DNA of 64,000 nt from Tubiluchus corallicola (Eukaryota; Animalia; Priapulida), in NCBI GenBank assembly GCA_030141605.1, contig JAQGDQ010000012.1, positions 1,010,359-1,074,358 on the forward strand, written 5' to 3'. A program made the translations under genes and the position numbers. The notes under the pieces were generated by a model. That model was not told the DNA's origin, did no database searches, and worked only from the letters and a program-made list of their open reading frames with translations. Shown here in pieces: positions 1 to 11,934 of the stretch (its first letter is position 1; every line of letters begins with the position of its first letter).

Positions 1-133
1 CTCAACAGTTATGTGATTATAAATGAATATGACTTTGATTATGTATGTGACAAATTACCCTTAGCATATCATTAATTTTATTTGTTTGACTGTATACTAA
101 TCTATACAGTAATAAACTAGCTTGCTTACATAC

Positions 134-3100
134 CGCAACATTTCTGATCTGTGGCCCAGCAAACCAGTTCAAGATGTCCAATGCCGCTTTAAATAACTTC
201 ACTTTATCAGCTGAAAAATAACATAGAATTAACTGCACAGCTAAAACATGATGCAGTAGTCAAACTACAAAGCAGACTAAAACAGAAGCAAAATCGTTAT
301 CGAGTTTCTTAGGACGATTCGACACAGCGCAAGCAAGTAGCCAGCACTCAGTGGCAAGGTCTGTTCATTATTTTGATGACTGTGACAGGACTGGAACTTG
401 TCTCATTTTCTATGAAGTTCTCTAAGATGAAATACTGAAATTGCAGAAGTGTCTTTGCAACAAGTAAATGTATATCCATCATTAACAATACAAAAAGTAA
501 TATGGCAAATGAAACCATCCAGAAGCAACTTTTCAGAACATTCATTTACAAATCAAGCACAGTGTTGTTTAACTCAGGCTCTAAGCCATTCCCCTCAGCT
601 GTGTTAAGTGCAAACACATAAAAATACCAGAGTAATATTCTACAGCAGAATTAAGAACAGTTTCCAACGTTGTCATTGTAACAGCAGCACCAATATTTAC
701 TCCAGAATCTGTCCATTCAATCTTTTGTAATTCCAATAGATGCCCAATTGATATAACAGCTAATGGAGTGGATAAACTTCTTATATAAAATCCTGCAAAA
801 ACAAACAGCCAGAACAGTAAGCAACATTAAAATGAAAACAGAAACATAAATAATTTCAACTCATTATTTCGGACTAAAATATGTTCCTATATTTACCAAT
901 ATTGGTACTCCCGGCAATCAACACAGCGTTTGAACTGTTTCTCTTTATTTTAACAGCTTCGCTCAAATTTGCAGGCTGATACCAGGTCAAGAGATTGCCT
1001 TGAAATAAAAGTGTTTCACATTCTGAAGGTCGTAGCTGAAACAAATAAAGCAAACACTGTGTTTCGTAAAAAACAGAATAATTTATCAAGAGTAATGAAA
1101 CAATAATAACAAATAACAACACCAAATTAACTAATATGTCTTACAAAACAATCTGGAAAGCTATAATTATAATTGAATGGAAAAGAACGGTGCTGAAGGA
1201 TTTTTAATGTTAATCTCAAATGACAGCTTTATCCACACCTACTTCAATACACTATGTGTGAAAAAATGTTAATAAAGAGGTACAGTGGAAAGTTTTAGTG
1301 TGACATCATTGGTAATTCACACTGCACTACAGTGGCCGCCGCTTATTGTGGACACCTCGGGCCAGCAGTGTATGTCCATATTAAGCGGCTGTCCATATTA
1401 AGCGAAGTGACCCATGAAGACCCTTCCCCTTCATTAAAAAAGGCAAAAAACTGTCTGTATCAACTCGTCTCCTGTTTTATTGAAAAAAAGAAGTCAGACG
1501 AGTTTGTTTGGCAGGAAACTTTTCTCTCAACCTTGAACGGAAGGAAGTTATCACAGTTTCGAAGCTCTCAAGGCTACGGCAAACGGCGAACTGACTGATG
1601 CAATGACTCACACAGGCAGCAGAGCGGGAAGCTCTTTTCAATCAAGAATGTTCGCTGTCCATATTAAGCGGCGGTTGTCCATATTAACCGGCGGATTTTA
1701 TTAGGGGAAAATTCCGTCCCTCGCGAGTTGTCCACAATAACCGGCTGTCCACAATAACCGTGTCCATAATAAGCGGCGGCCACTGTACTTTACTATTGCA
1801 GCATGGTAAAATTTTCTGTTTTCTGATCATTCCTGACATTTTAAAAGTCACACTTCCAGGTTGCCTTGCACTGCCCAAATGCTTCTGACAAAGAGTGACC
1901 ATTTTTAAACTTTTTGAAGGATAAAATTGTAAAAGTGGACTCCTACGTACGATCGACCGACAAGAACTGGAAACCAAAGGAATTTGACAAAGTTTGTATC
2001 CTGCACCTTATCGATGAATGTTTTAAGTCTGAAAGTCTGAGCAGGTCAAGTATACTGTCTGGTTCAAAAGGAAAAGAAGTGAAACCTACTACTGTTCCTT
2101 TGGCTCAGCAAGACAGACAAAAGAGACCAGTCATATTTTTATTATGTTGAAAAAGTTAGCTTTTCTGGAACACGTTTTCAGAAAAGCGTTGAGTAAGGCT
2201 AGAAATAAACATTTTGCTCAGTTAAATAACAATTTTTCATGTTAAAATGCTTTCTCGAAATTTTAAGAACATCATTGTTGCCTTTCGTACTTGTTTAGAA
2301 AGGTACACCTGCACTTTTATGCAACGGATGCCAGTCTGGTTTACAAATATGCTTTCTCGAAATTTTAAGAACATCATTGTTGCCTTTGGTACTTGTTTAC
2401 AAAATAAACTTCTGTCTTGTCACACAATAACTCTTATAATTTAAAAACGTGGTATTTTGTAAAATTGCTTACAAAACTTGTGACCAAGTTTATTTTGGGG
2501 AAGCCAGTAGAAATTTAAAAATACATATTAGACAGCATAAGGAAGAGATATGCCAACAAAACTCAGAAAGTGTTTGGTTATCCGTGTCAGAGAAATTAAT
2601 CACAGTTTTGATTTCAATCGAGCAGAAACAACTTATATCCATACACAAAAATCACTAAAAGACATTATAGTTGAATATGCCCTAATTATAAAAAAAATCT
2701 AACTTGACTTTAAATCAAAATCAAGGTTTTACTCTACAGAACATTTTGATGTCTAAAAATCATTAATGATCAATTACATTTTGTTTTTTCTCAATGATTA
2801 TTGTATCCGTACATACACGTAGTTTTGTCATTTTGTCATGTTTTTGTTTTGTTATGAATTTTAAATCTTTATATATTTCCAGAAGTTCACAGAGAGTATG
2901 CAGTAGAAACATTGGATTTTCCAAATAAAAAAATAACAAAATTTACTGAGCCAGGGGTTGTTTATGAAACATATATTGTCAGAAAGAATTTTAAACTTTA
3001 TGCATCTCTCTTGTCTAGAGTAGTGAATCACTAATCGAGACTTCAATTGATGCTACAATTATGTTTAATAAAATAAAGAAAACTCAATCAGAAGCACAAA

Positions 3101-6100
3101 ATTGGCTTTCTTGCTATAGCCAACATCATCTCAGCCTCATTATTGGGCGATACAGCAGACCACGGAAATCCTTTTTCGGTAATATTTTCTAGACACTCAG
3201 TTCTTTGTTGTACCATTTCTGAAGTTTTTTCCCCAATCCTAGTTGGCTATATGCATTTAATGATTTTAATTGGTAAGAGACACAACTTTTATGGTATTAT
3301 CAAAGACATCAAAGACTATACGGAAATGACCCTCCAAATGAATATCACCCACTTGACAGTAATCAAATAACGAAAAAAATTTAAATTTGTATTTTTACTC
3401 TGCGTCTAGTTAATGATTGACTAAGTTAAAAGGTCTACACTGAAATTATTCTTTCACCTTCTCCATTTTCCCCCCTCACCCTCTCTCTCTCTTCCTCTGG
3501 TATTCTTGTTCCTCCCGAATCTATGTCTGGGGAGGCCATGCCCCCCTCCACCATGTCTTTGAAGCAGACCACATATATCACTGACTGAATATAAGGTTTG
3601 AAAAGAAAAGAAAACTGAAATACACAGCTGTTCTTCTGGCTCTGTGGTTAAGTACTAGACATGGATAACCACAAAAATTACAGCCTTTTCCACATTTTTG
3701 AACAAAAGTCATGAGTTGTTCAAGTCCAAATAAAGTGTGCTTGAGAAATTACTGGCTCAAATAAGCTAATCCGGCTTTATCTGAAATATTTTCGTGAGCT
3801 ACAATAGCAATAATAAAACAATCATGATTATTGTAAAAATGCTTGAAAATTGTGCAGTAAGCTCCCAACATAGGCTAATATATATAATTTTCATGAATTT
3901 AGCCAGACAGGTTCAATTATTACCTTTAATTACCGGGCATGCGTTAATCCAAAAGGTTATCAGTTTACTTGTAATATCACAGATTTGATTTGTAGGAGTA
4001 TTCAACACACTATTGTTTATACAGCACAATGGAATACCATAAGTCTTAATTTCCATATAGCTAGAGTTTAATAAGTAAATTGATTGTCTGATTACTTGGT
4101 ATATTACAAGATTATTTTTGGGATCATCTCTAATGTGCTTAGTCTGATGCAACTAGAGAGAAAAACATTTTATTTGTGTTTTACCCTATAAGTGTGTACA
4201 TAATTATATGTGCTAGAGATGCCACTGGGCATGCCAAAGTAATACAATTTATTTTTGCCTGAGTTTCTAAATATGATATGATTATCAGTAAATTTTAACA
4301 CTAATCATATTTCGTCTTTAGTACTGTCTTAAAAGTGAAGTATGCAGAAAAGTAAATATTATGTGTTTTTTAAACGAATTGCTGCTATATTAGGCAGAGT
4401 TATTGCACACTGATGTCTAACCAAAACGGGCTACTGAGTAAACAATTTTTTACCGTGATTATCAACAGTTTGTGCTGCAATTATTTACAAAACCTAGTTT
4501 TTAGAGATAGTACACATGTTTAAAACTTTGTTGGACATAAGTTTGGCGAGTTGCTCAGCTAGATTACTGTCAAAACATGGTACATAAAATCAAAACGGCA
4601 ATACACTACACAACAAAATTTGGCAATAGATTTTCAAAACTTACTTGCAGTTCCGGTGGAAATATTGGTTCCTGAGTTGGATCATATGGTGAGTAATTGA
4701 CTTTAGCCAGACCTGATTCAACCTATACAAAATATTTTTGTCACGTTTAAAAAATTACTTTAAACCAATCAGTACACAAAAAGGTATTGATTTGGAGGAA
4801 GCCACTGATTTTATGGAGTTGACATACAAGAATTGTAAAATTAAAAGACTAAATGAGGCTTTTGTTAATATAACAAGACCATCAATACTGCAAAATGTCT
4901 AGCAAAAGCATAAAACTGTGTTATGAACTGATGAAAACTATGTTAAAATTTTAACAGTTCTATGGTACCCCAACACAGTTTTCAGCAGTAAAGTCTCCAC
5001 AGCAACCAGCCTGGCCAGCTTGGCAACATTGAAATTCTTTTGTAAATGTCTTCAACCCATCGAGAATTGGTCTATAGCCTGTGCATCGACAAAGATTTCC
5101 TTGGAAATTAGCAAGAAACTTTTCCATGGATGGTTGTGGATTGTTTCGCAATAAGGCGTACATTGACATTACAAAACCTGGCGTACAGAATCCACATTGT
5201 GTACCATGAGCTTTTGCTATCCGTTCCTATAAGTAAATTTACCTTTAGACAAAAAATCGATGTTAAAGTGCATAAAGTATACAGTTGCACCAAAATATTA
5301 CAATAAATTGTTAACTAAACAATATGCACTTCAAAAACAGCACCATTGTTTGTTAAACAGAAACTGAAATTCAAACTATTGTTATTGGTGGTGAAATGTC
5401 ATCCTATGAGTTGTTAAAAACAAAGTTTAAACTGAAGGTTTTTAAAACCACTGCCGCCTTCATCAGGTTACATAAAGTTGATCACATAGAATTCCAGAAT
5501 GTCATTTAAACACTATAAAAGCAAAATAAATATATTGCTTCACACAGCAGAATGGAATAGCATTATGCTTGCTAAGGTAGATCAAAAATACATCAATTAC
5601 TACCTATCAATTAGACATTTGTATTCTCACACATTGAAAAGCAATTATTACTGGAATTTGTATTGCAATTGGTTGCAAATGGTTTCAAAAATTTACATTT
5701 CTAGTAATTTTGATCCCTGTGTGAAATTTTTACATTTGCCTTATCTATATTATGGTTTAAATTAACAGCATGGTATATTGCAAACCTACACATACTCATC
5801 AGCATTTAGATTTTTCGTCATGACATTCTATTCAGTGATATAGAAACGTAGTCTCTTCAGTTATTTGCAGAGCTTTGACTTTACTCAAGTCTGATCAAGT
5901 TCATAATCAGGAACTGAAAACTATTTCGGAAGTGTTAAAGCGGAATAATTGTAAAAAGCTCCTTAAGTTGCAAGTTCTCAACCAGAAAATTTAGTGCACG
6001 ATTTTTTTTCCAGTGGGCCATTAAATAAGAAATCCACAACCCAATTAAACAAGCTAAAAATCTATTTTTTTACAAAATACCATTAAGCATTAAGTTTCTC

Positions 6101-7553
6101 GCAGTACCTATCCTCACAGTATTAGCAAAGCAACCTGGGTACCTCGGTTTGTGTATGCTCATGCATAATATTACATCAAACGTTTATGCAAATAATGACC
6201 TTCCTATCTTTTTATAACATCCCATATGTGAGCTTCATTCATTGTATCATTTCACAACAAAGCACTACTTTTTCCTCACTTCATAATTTTTATTATTTAT
6301 CCATTACTTTTTTTATTTTTACAGGACTGGAACAAAACATTTACGCTTATATATAAACAGACATCATTTGAAGCATTAATATCTAATGACAATTATAAAA
6401 TAAACAGTAAAATAAAACTGACTACGTTAAATGTAGGCCTACTCGCAGTATTGTTGTTAGTAAAAACTGTTGCAAACGTGTTGTGTGAAAACGAATAACT
6501 TATGACAGTCTTTGAAGAGCAAAATTTAGGAATATTCAAAAAATGCACTTAATTATTCCTCAGATTTTAAATTGGCAAACCATACTCTTAATTTAGGCCA
6601 CAATATAGTTGTGGCAAATGCAAGATTTTATAAGGGGAACAAAATTACCATAGATGTAAATTTTTGCAGTCAGCTTCAATACCTGTACAATACATATGTT
6701 TAACTGATAGATAGTAAGTGTCTACTGCAGCAATCATTCCGTCATTCCATTTTGTGGTGTGATGTAATTTATTTATATCGTTTTTTCTGTGTTTAGATGA
6801 CATTTTGGAATGCACGGAGTTACTTTTTTATGGCTAGAAATACAAATTAACAATACACAAATTTTAATAACCCTAAAAAATTGCAAAGTAATATAAAGCG
6901 GATGCCAAACTAATTAGTCAAAAGCTTTCAAACTTCTCATCATCAAAACTCTAATGCATAAGATGCTTTTGCAAACGAAAGTATTGCTTGCACTGTATTA
7001 CCTGCACAGGATGCAGAGCAGTTTTAGTACTTCCTATTCCCTCTACGGTAGTCACTGCCTTGCCATGTACTAAACATATTGGAGTAAGACAAGCATTGAT
7101 AGCACAGTGACGAATTCTCTTAGCTGATCCATGTTCGCACCAGGACAACATGACAGTACATGCTCCACAGCCTCCAGTACCACATCCTTCTTTTGTTCCT
7201 CGGAGTTGTACTGAGGTACATATAGGAATACTAACAAAATAGCTATCACTCATTAAATTGCCTACAGATAGTTAAATTTTACAGGAAATATAAGCAAAAA
7301 TTATAAAAACTCCTTCTGCTTCCGAAATAGCTAAGCACTCATCATTCTACTTGCACTCAAATAAGGAAGCGCTTAGTAATGTCAAAACTGGACTACTAAA
7401 TTATGCTAGAATAAAGAACTAGTACTTTAGTGTCATGTGCAAATACTAACGTATTGCACTGAGGCTCCAAACATGCGAGTTTGCAAAGAAGCAGAAGAAC
7501 AAAAGATAAAACCAAAACAGAGCAAAAAAGATGGTAAAAGAAAAGAATTATTC

Positions 7554-7601
<48 letters not shown>

Positions 7602-7651
7602 AGAGGGAGAGTGAGAGACAGAGAGAGAGAGAGACAGAGAGAGAGAGGGGG

Positions 7652-7714
<63 letters not shown>

Positions 7715-9711
7715 AGGAGAGGGAGAGACAGAGAGAGAGGGGGGAGAGAGAGAGAGAGAGAGGGAGAGAGAGAGGGGGGGAGAGAGGGAGAGAGAGGGAG
7801 AGAGAGGGAGAGAGAGAGAGAGAGAGAGATGAAAACTTGGTAACACACTTGGTAAGAGCTTTGACAATAGTGACAATGACGGTGCAGTTTTCACTGTTGA
7901 TGCTACTGTTCTTATTATTATGGCTGTTCTCATTGCCTTGCATCACCAGCGATGGTGCTGATGCTGCCACTCCTTTGTTGGAAACTATGTTATTTTTCAA
8001 GGATACATTTACATCTAAGATAAAAGAGTAAATTTTGAGCTGGATCCACATTGTTATCTTCGATCTACAAATATATCGTTATTACATGCACAATTCTGAC
8101 GTATTAATAATCACCGAATTATTTTTAAACTTCTCACAAATTTCTATTAATTTCTCGGAGATAATTTGGTAAAAAAATAATTAGCAAAAAAGTCTCTGAA
8201 CTATGATATTTGCTACTATGTCATATTTAGTGCATTATTTAGTCATTTAATACAATCCCTGATGCAGTAGCCCAAATTTATATAATACGCTCTCTTAAAC
8301 AAACGATCAGAATTTGATTGAGTAATGGCAATAAAATCTACATATCACACTACGCTGTTGCAGTTTTGAGGCTGCTCAATCGACAGCAAGCTACTAGCAT
8401 TCAAAAGTTTCATTGCCTGAAGCTTAGATTTCCCTTAGCTTGCCCTACGCAGGATTTGCCACAACTATGACATGAAAACTTATACATTACGGTCTAGGGC
8501 AGACAAGATATCTTTCTCAAGATGTCTTGAAGACGCAAATACAAACCACCATTATTTACAAAAATAATACATAATGGTAAATTTCTTGGGTCATTTACAA
8601 TGTGACAAATAAGGAAATCTGACGTACGTAAGAATAGATATTATAACAAGGATGCTGATATACATGATCTTGAAAATTTGTTGACTATATTGCAAGAAGT
8701 AGGCCATCTGATAAAAATTTTCAGAAGAAGGAAGAAGTTTATGGTTTTATCAAATCTGTCAAAAATTTGGATATACACGTGCTATTGGTCCTGCCAATGT
8801 AATTCATAACTTTTTCTGCCATAGTTGTAGCAATTCTTACATACGGCAGACTAAAAGAAATTTAAGCTGTCATGCAAGGGAACATTTAAATACTAATAGC
8901 TTGCTGTCGATTGAACAACGTAAAAACTGCAACAGTTTAATGTGATATGAAGATTTTATTGTCACCGACGCTACTCAATCAAAATTTCATCGTTTGATTA
9001 AGGAAGCATAATATATACATTCTATAAGCTAACTTTAAATAGTAAAATTGAGGGTTTTAAATATAGTATAATTTCATAATGGGTGATTTTCTAATTTAAA
9101 TCATTCTAATTTTTAAAATGGTATGCACATGGACAGAAACGTTATCTTTATATTTTATTACATGTATACGGTTTTGTTTTGCCATTTTTTATTCAAGAAT
9201 GCTCTACAGTACACTGTCCTGACAAAAACTATACTTCCGGCACCGGGTATAAACCAGCCTAGTCTAAAATAATAATAAATAGATTCTCTGACAGGTGAGG
9301 TGGTTAATTTGGCCTGCTACATCGGCTAAAACATAATATCTATTCAAGATGCTTGCATTTTTTAATGTCGATGACAAAAATCTATAAGTTTGAAAATAGT
9401 TTTGTTACTGTTAAGCATAATTTAGGGGATTACTGTACCGTAATCACCTTCATTTAATTAGTGACATGATGTAAAAACCTGATCAAGGGGAGCATAGGAA
9501 AGCAGTCTAAAATGAAAGTAGTCTAAAGTTTAGTCTAAAAATCAGGATAATCTTGGAAAAATGAGACATCTGGCAGTCCTAACTGGAACCAATAAATATT
9601 TCAGCTTTGCAATGTTAGAGATGCCCACTCAACCTTGAAAAACTTAATTCAAGAACTTACCTTCTGCCCATTCACATAAAAGAGTAAGGTGCTAGTGCGG
9701 ATAGTGTCCAT
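134..9711 (-). CDS. XDH: XDH/AOX-family molybdo-flavoenzyme, paralog A (5' part only: 2Fe-2S domain and start of FAD domain; continues past the left edge)
   Basis: Minus-strand exons: 9711-9661 ([17 protein letters not shown]), 8064-8007, 7210-7002 ([20 protein letters not shown]), 5226-4969 ([23 protein letters not shown]), 4722-4645 ([14 protein letters not shown]), 1035-897 (AGSTNIG), 792-628, 210-134 ([11 protein letters not shown]). All boundaries GT-AG; sizes match paralogs B/C except exons 1 and 4. Symbol denotes the family, not proven orthology. Confidence 0.93.
1330..1785. mobile_element. Tc1/mariner-pogo (Tigger-like) MITE
   Basis: TA|CAGTGGCCGCCGCTTATTGTGGACAC ... GTGTCCATAATAAGCGGCGGCCACTG|TA: about 26-bp TIRs with 1 mismatch, TA target duplication, several subterminal GTCCAyAwTAAsCGG repeats. 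Confidence 0.9.
1914..2150 (+). mobile_element. THAP-domain remnant, probably from a DNA transposon
   Basis: [20 protein letters not shown]...VKPTTVP resembles the THAP C-terminal half (W.P....VCS.HF...F...LK..AVP). Confidence 0.5.
2246..2760 (+). mobile_element. Degenerate Penelope-like element fragment (GIY-YIG endonuclease) with an internal direct duplication of about 50 bp
   Basis: [30 protein letters not shown] resembles the Penelope GIY-YIG pattern (VY.I.C..C...YIGET.R.L..R..EH); ATGCTTTCTCGAAATTTTAAGAACATCATTGTTGCCTTT occurs at about 2247 and 2349. Confidence 0.6.
7211..8006 (-). other. U12-type (minor spliceosome) GT-AG intron 2 of paralog A
   Basis: Donor T|GTATCCTTG is the U12 consensus; phase 1, same position as the U12 intron known in animal XDH/AOX genes. 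Branch region near the acceptor is degenerate (TTCCTATATGTACCTCAG). Confidence 0.85.
7557..7829. repeat. Compound (GA)n/(CT)n microsatellite inside the U12 intron of paralog A
   Basis: Directly visible; source of the spurious ER/SL ORFs. Confidence 0.97.
8281..9015. mobile_element. Foldback MITE-like element with imperfect inverted arms of about 200 bp (paralog A intron 1)
   Basis: 8295-8490 (AAACGATCAGAATTTGATTGAGTA..CAATCGACAGCAAGCTA..ACAACTATG) matches the reverse complement of about 8800-9002; TA-rich ends. Confidence 0.75.
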
Positions 9712-9849
9712 CACAGTCTTTGCCTTACCTGATCTTGAAAAAAGACAAATCTTTAATAAATCTCACAACTGTAGTCCAAAATACACATTTATAACAAAGG
9801 ATGCACGATGCTGGACAACCAATCTCATTGATGAGGCAACCAAACTTGA

Positions 9850-11340
9850 CAGGCGTATTCAAGTCTGACTGCAAACGGTTGATCAAGAATGCTCTAATCC
9901 ACTCCAAGCAGCGTCCCTTAGTGCCACAAAGATTTAGTCGGGCAACATCAGCCAGTGGCGTAACAACTAGGCTGGGGCCCTTGGACAAATTGAATGAAAG
10001 GCCCCATATCGACCCAATTCCGGAACAGATGCTGCCATATGGAAACTCACTAAAAGTTTAAAAATATCCAACACAGAGCTCTGTGATTCGAGCTCACCTT
10101 TGAATTCACATCTGAATGAGCATATCTCAGAGGAAAAGTCAACCCCTACATCACTCTTGTAAGTTTCTTGCAGTTTATTCACAGCTAGCTCAAACTCTGA
10201 ATCTCCAAAGGTTTGCAGATAGAAGGAAGCTGAACACATCACATACAAGTCGTTGCCCATGGAAACTGTGATAGAGCTGTATCAATGATGGGAAAGAATG
10301 TGTGAACTTGGAATGCTGCTTCAGGATCTTGAAGTCAGAATATGAAAATATAATTTAATACAAAATTACTCATTTTATTACTTATAAAATCAGAAATCCA
10401 GAGCATAACAGCCAGCTTTTTTATTTTAGTAAAGTGAAGTCAGAATTTACTCTAGAGTTCTTTCAAATAAAATTGTCCTACAATGGCAAAGCGAAACCTT
10501 CTTAACTATCATCTAATCCCAAGATTCGTGAATGGCAAACCATTAAGAATCGCAACCCTGTAGAATCGAAGTCAGCTCTCTGTTGGTTGCCAGAATTATT
10601 AGGCGTTTTTGTACCAAATTAATGTTTGTAAGGTGCATTTGTTAGGCTTGGGGCCCCTAGACCTTGGAGGGGCCCCAGTCCAGATCCCTAGATCCAGGGG
10701 AAAGTCCCTGAGAGTGGCAACTGGCAACCCTTCGGAATGGAAGTCAGTTCCCAGTTGGTTGCCAAAATTAGTAGGCAATTTAATGCCAAATAAATACGCA
10801 TTTTCCTGTCTGTAAATTTGAATGTTTTTAGAGTCAGGCTTGGGGGCCCCTAGACCTCCGGAGCCCCTGGCATTTGTCCAGCCTTGTCCAATGGGCGTTA
10901 CACCGCTGACAACAGCCTTGCAAAGATGTAAAATTACAGCATCAACAGGCAATCCATTATCTAGATGCTGGGCTAGCTCATTCATCCAGTCTAGGAGTTG
11001 AAGTGTTGCTGATCTTTTACTTCTAAAGCCATATTGTGATGGTGAGATAAGACCATTAGCATGGGCAAAATCCATATATATGTTTTGATTAATGGTTTTG
11101 TCATGATCTTGCAACAAGAAGAAGTCAAGCTGATTGGTCTGAAATTTGCAGAGCTAAGGAACGAACCTTTCTTGTGTATAGGACGTACACTTGATACTGA
11201 CCAATGAGCATCACAGACTCTTGAAATGAATTAGTGAATAGCTGTGAGAGCAGCTCAGTGAGAGCAAAGCAACATTTAGAAAGACCTAAGTTTGAAATAG
11301 CGTCGGGTCCAGGTGAGGAATCGACTTTGAGATTCAGCAA
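9850..11340 (-). mobile_element. Non-LTR retrotransposon (CR1/L2-like) reverse transcriptase remnant, split by a hAT insertion
   Basis: SSPGPDAISN..L..C...L...L..LF..S, SQYGFRSKRSATLQLL, VDAVILHLCKA, continuing after the insertion as GTKGRCLEWIRAFLINRLQ; frameshifted. Confidence 0.8.
9953..10908 (-). mobile_element. Internally deleted hAT DNA transposon (ZMYM1-like transposase remnant)
   Basis: TIRs CAGTGGCGTAAC / GTTACACCGCTG; 8-bp target duplication ACATCAGC (9945-9952) / ACAACAGC (10909-10916); subterminal GGGCCCC repeats; minus-strand remnant FQVHTFFPIID..LQETYKSDVGVDFSSEICSF. Confidence 0.8.
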
Positions 11341-11559
11341 AACATTCGCAATCTTATTTCGTCAACGAGTTCTAGCTCAGCATTCGTATAGGAAACCATA
11401 TTAGACACATGGGAACAAAAAATTTTGTTTGAACGAAATTGGAACAGTTGTAACCAACACGTGTGGTGATAAGCAGCCGCATGTAGATGTGGTGGACAGT
11501 TGTAGCCGTGTAGACACCGTAGGTAGGATCTAAATATAAGTATGTTTGTGTCATGCATG

Positions 11560-11730
11560 CACACATTCCTGCTATATAATTTACTGCTCCAGCATTTATT
11601 TCACTTTTTCCAGTTACATCCATAATCCACAACAACACTTAAAATAACACTTTATTAACAGGATAATGGATGTAAATGGGAAAAAATTGAAGTAAATGCT
11701 AGAGTAGTAGATTATATGGTAGGAACTTGG
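11560..11730. repeat. Imperfect inverted repeat (arms about 65 bp, spacer about 33 nt), small MITE-like hairpin
   Basis: ATTCCTGCTATATAATTTACTGCTCCAGCATTTA..TACATCCATAATCC pairs with GGATAATGGATGTA..TAAATGCTAGAGTAGTAGATTATATGGTAGGAAC. Confidence 0.75.
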
Positions 11731-11934
11731 GCCCACATATATATAATGTATGCCAACGCTTACAACAAATATACAACATTAACAAATTCCCCAATATTGC
11801 TATTTTTGTCTGTAGAACTTTACTCACACGTTCTTGGTACCTGTGAAAACGAAGCATAGCAATGCCCAAAATCTTCACAAGCTTTTAACAGAATAGCACC
11901 GACAACGTTGATTCACCGCATTGACTGAATTTAA

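Noticed and set aside
1330-1785. Spaced short repeats as a CRISPR-like array
   Set aside because: Eukaryotic context; the repeats are irregular subterminal motifs inside a TIR/TA-bounded MITE.
5420-5470. Minus-strand CTGATGA suggesting a hammerhead ribozyme (similar motif at about 41605)
   Set aside because: No properly placed GAAA core or closing stems could be identified.
7433-8051. Long ORFs rich in SL or ER dipeptides (also 31434-31840)
   Set aside because: Translations of (CT)n/(GA)n microsatellites, not genes.
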